Below, piece after piece: positions 63,127 through 64,000 of a stretch of 64,000 bases of DNA. Below the pieces are notes generated by a model. The model worked only from the letters and a program-made list of their open reading frames with translations, was not told where the DNA came from and made no database searches. The stretch lies in the NCBI GenBank assembly GCA_946527885.1, contig CAMMYO010000001.1, forward strand, positions 578 to 64,577. Reading direction: 5' to 3'. Each line of letters starts with the position of its first letter. Position 1 is the first letter of the stretch. The DNA is from an uncultured Candidatus Saccharibacteria bacterium (lineage in GTDB: Bacteria > Patescibacteriota > Saccharimonadia > Saccharimonadales > Saccharimonadaceae). The position numbers and the translations under genes were made by a program.

Positions 63127-64000
63127 TTACGCTAACTTCTTCTTAATTAACTCATTCACTGTAGCTGGGTTGGCTTTACCCTTGGACTTCTTCATGACCT
63201 GTCCAACTAGGAAGCCAATTGCCTTCATCTCGCCGTTTCGGATATCATCTGCGGCTTTCGCGCATTCTGGGGCTGACAATACTTCATCGATAATCGCTTC
63301 AAGCGCACCTTCATCGTTCTCTTGCAAAAGGTTCATTTCCTTTGCGAGTGCGTGCGGCGTCTTCGAAGTATTCTTTGTGTTATAGAGTGCCAAGAAAACT
63401 TCTTTACCGGCCGTCGATGAGAGCTCTTTCTTCTCGACCATTTCGGACAATTCAGTCAATTCTGCGCCAGTCGCTAGCTTAAAGTCTTTGTCGAGATTTT
63501 CTTCGGCGAGCAAAACGCTGGCAAACCAGTTCGCAACACGTGGCGCCAACTTGACGTCCTTGTCGCAAACTTCACTCAAGCGCTCAGCGAGAATCGGGTA
63601 ATTGATGATTGCTTCGCGCGCGCTGTCATCCAAGTTCAAAACGCCGAACTTCGAGCGGTAATCCTGTGGCATCGCGCCCATCGAAGCCGCAATCTTGTCA
63701 ACATATTCTTGCGTTAGAACTACTGGTGGCAAATCTGGATCTGGCATATAGCGATAATCCTGCGCCTCTTCCTTACCGCGTTGCGGGGAAGTCTTGCCAG
63801 TCGCATCGTTCCAGCCCAAAGTTTGCTGCTTAATTTCGCCGCCTTTCTCGAGTACGGAAATTTGGCGCTTGATTTCGTATTCAATTGCGCGTTCGACACT
63901 GCGGAACGAGTTGAGGTTCTTAGTCTCAGTACGAGTGCCGAGCTTATCGGTCTTCGAAACAGAAACGTTTACGTCGAAACGCATGTTGCCTTGATACAAA
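63127..64000 (-). CDS. gatB: Asp/Glu-tRNA amidotransferase subunit B, C-terminal part (gene continues right of window)
   Basis: RFDVNVSV...TETKNLNSFRSVERAIEYEIKRQ and a GatB_Yqey tail (ANWFASVLL..., FLVGQVMKKSKGKANP). The frame is open to the window edge. Confidence 0.9.
   Translation of the reverse strand, partial: LYQGNMRFDVNVSVSKTDKLGTRTETKNLNSFRSVERAIEYEIKRQISVLEKGGEIKQQTLGWNDATGKTSPQRGKEEAQDYRYMPDPDLPPVVLTQEYVDKIAASMGAMPQDYRSKFGVLNLDDSAREAIINYPILAERLSEVCDKDVKLAPRVANWFASVLLAEENLDKDFKLATGAELTELSEMVEKKELSSTAGKEVFLALYNTKNTSKTPHALAKEMNLLQENDEGALEAIIDEVLSAPECAKAADDIRNGEMKAIGFLVGQVMKKSKGKANPATVNELIKKKLA

Overview
Dense, almost fully coding 64-kb stretch of a small bacterial genome: about 60 protein genes and 5 tRNAs. 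I saw no rRNA, CRISPR array, transposase or integrase. The gene content points to a monoderm, reduced-genome organism of the Saccharibacteria/Patescibacteria type. This is inference only, drawn from RNase Y, FtsH, MurJ, two FemAB paralogs, an LtaS-family enzyme, GT39, a DsbA-like protein, type IV pilus parts, ComEC, short TsaB/TilS and ribosomal proteins with low-complexity tails. Most of the window is housekeeping: ruvCAB, recA-recX, a dnaJ-like gene, rplS, rpsT, metG, rsmA, tilS, tsaEB, rny, ftsH, murJ, galU and gatB. Four things stand out. (1) A 14.3-kb same-strand cluster at 30280-44541 holds a duplicated two-gene module (a charged bitopic membrane protein plus a giant 1304/1473-aa secreted protein, with overlapping reading frames) followed by four oversized pilin-like genes. 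It looks like an uncharacterised type IV pilus tip/adhesin system. (2) Five in-frame TGA codons are confined to two envelope / DNA-uptake-type genes (comEC, and an LTD-domain surface protein), at positions where Trp fits. TGA is nevertheless a real stop for at least seven other genes here. (3) A copy of the tRNA-Ser 3' end is embedded in a long structured hairpin next to that tRNA. (4) Many genes have a leaderless-type promoter geometry (TAnAAT, then 6-8 nt, then ATG). All functional calls come from reading motifs in the translations by eye. No database search was run.
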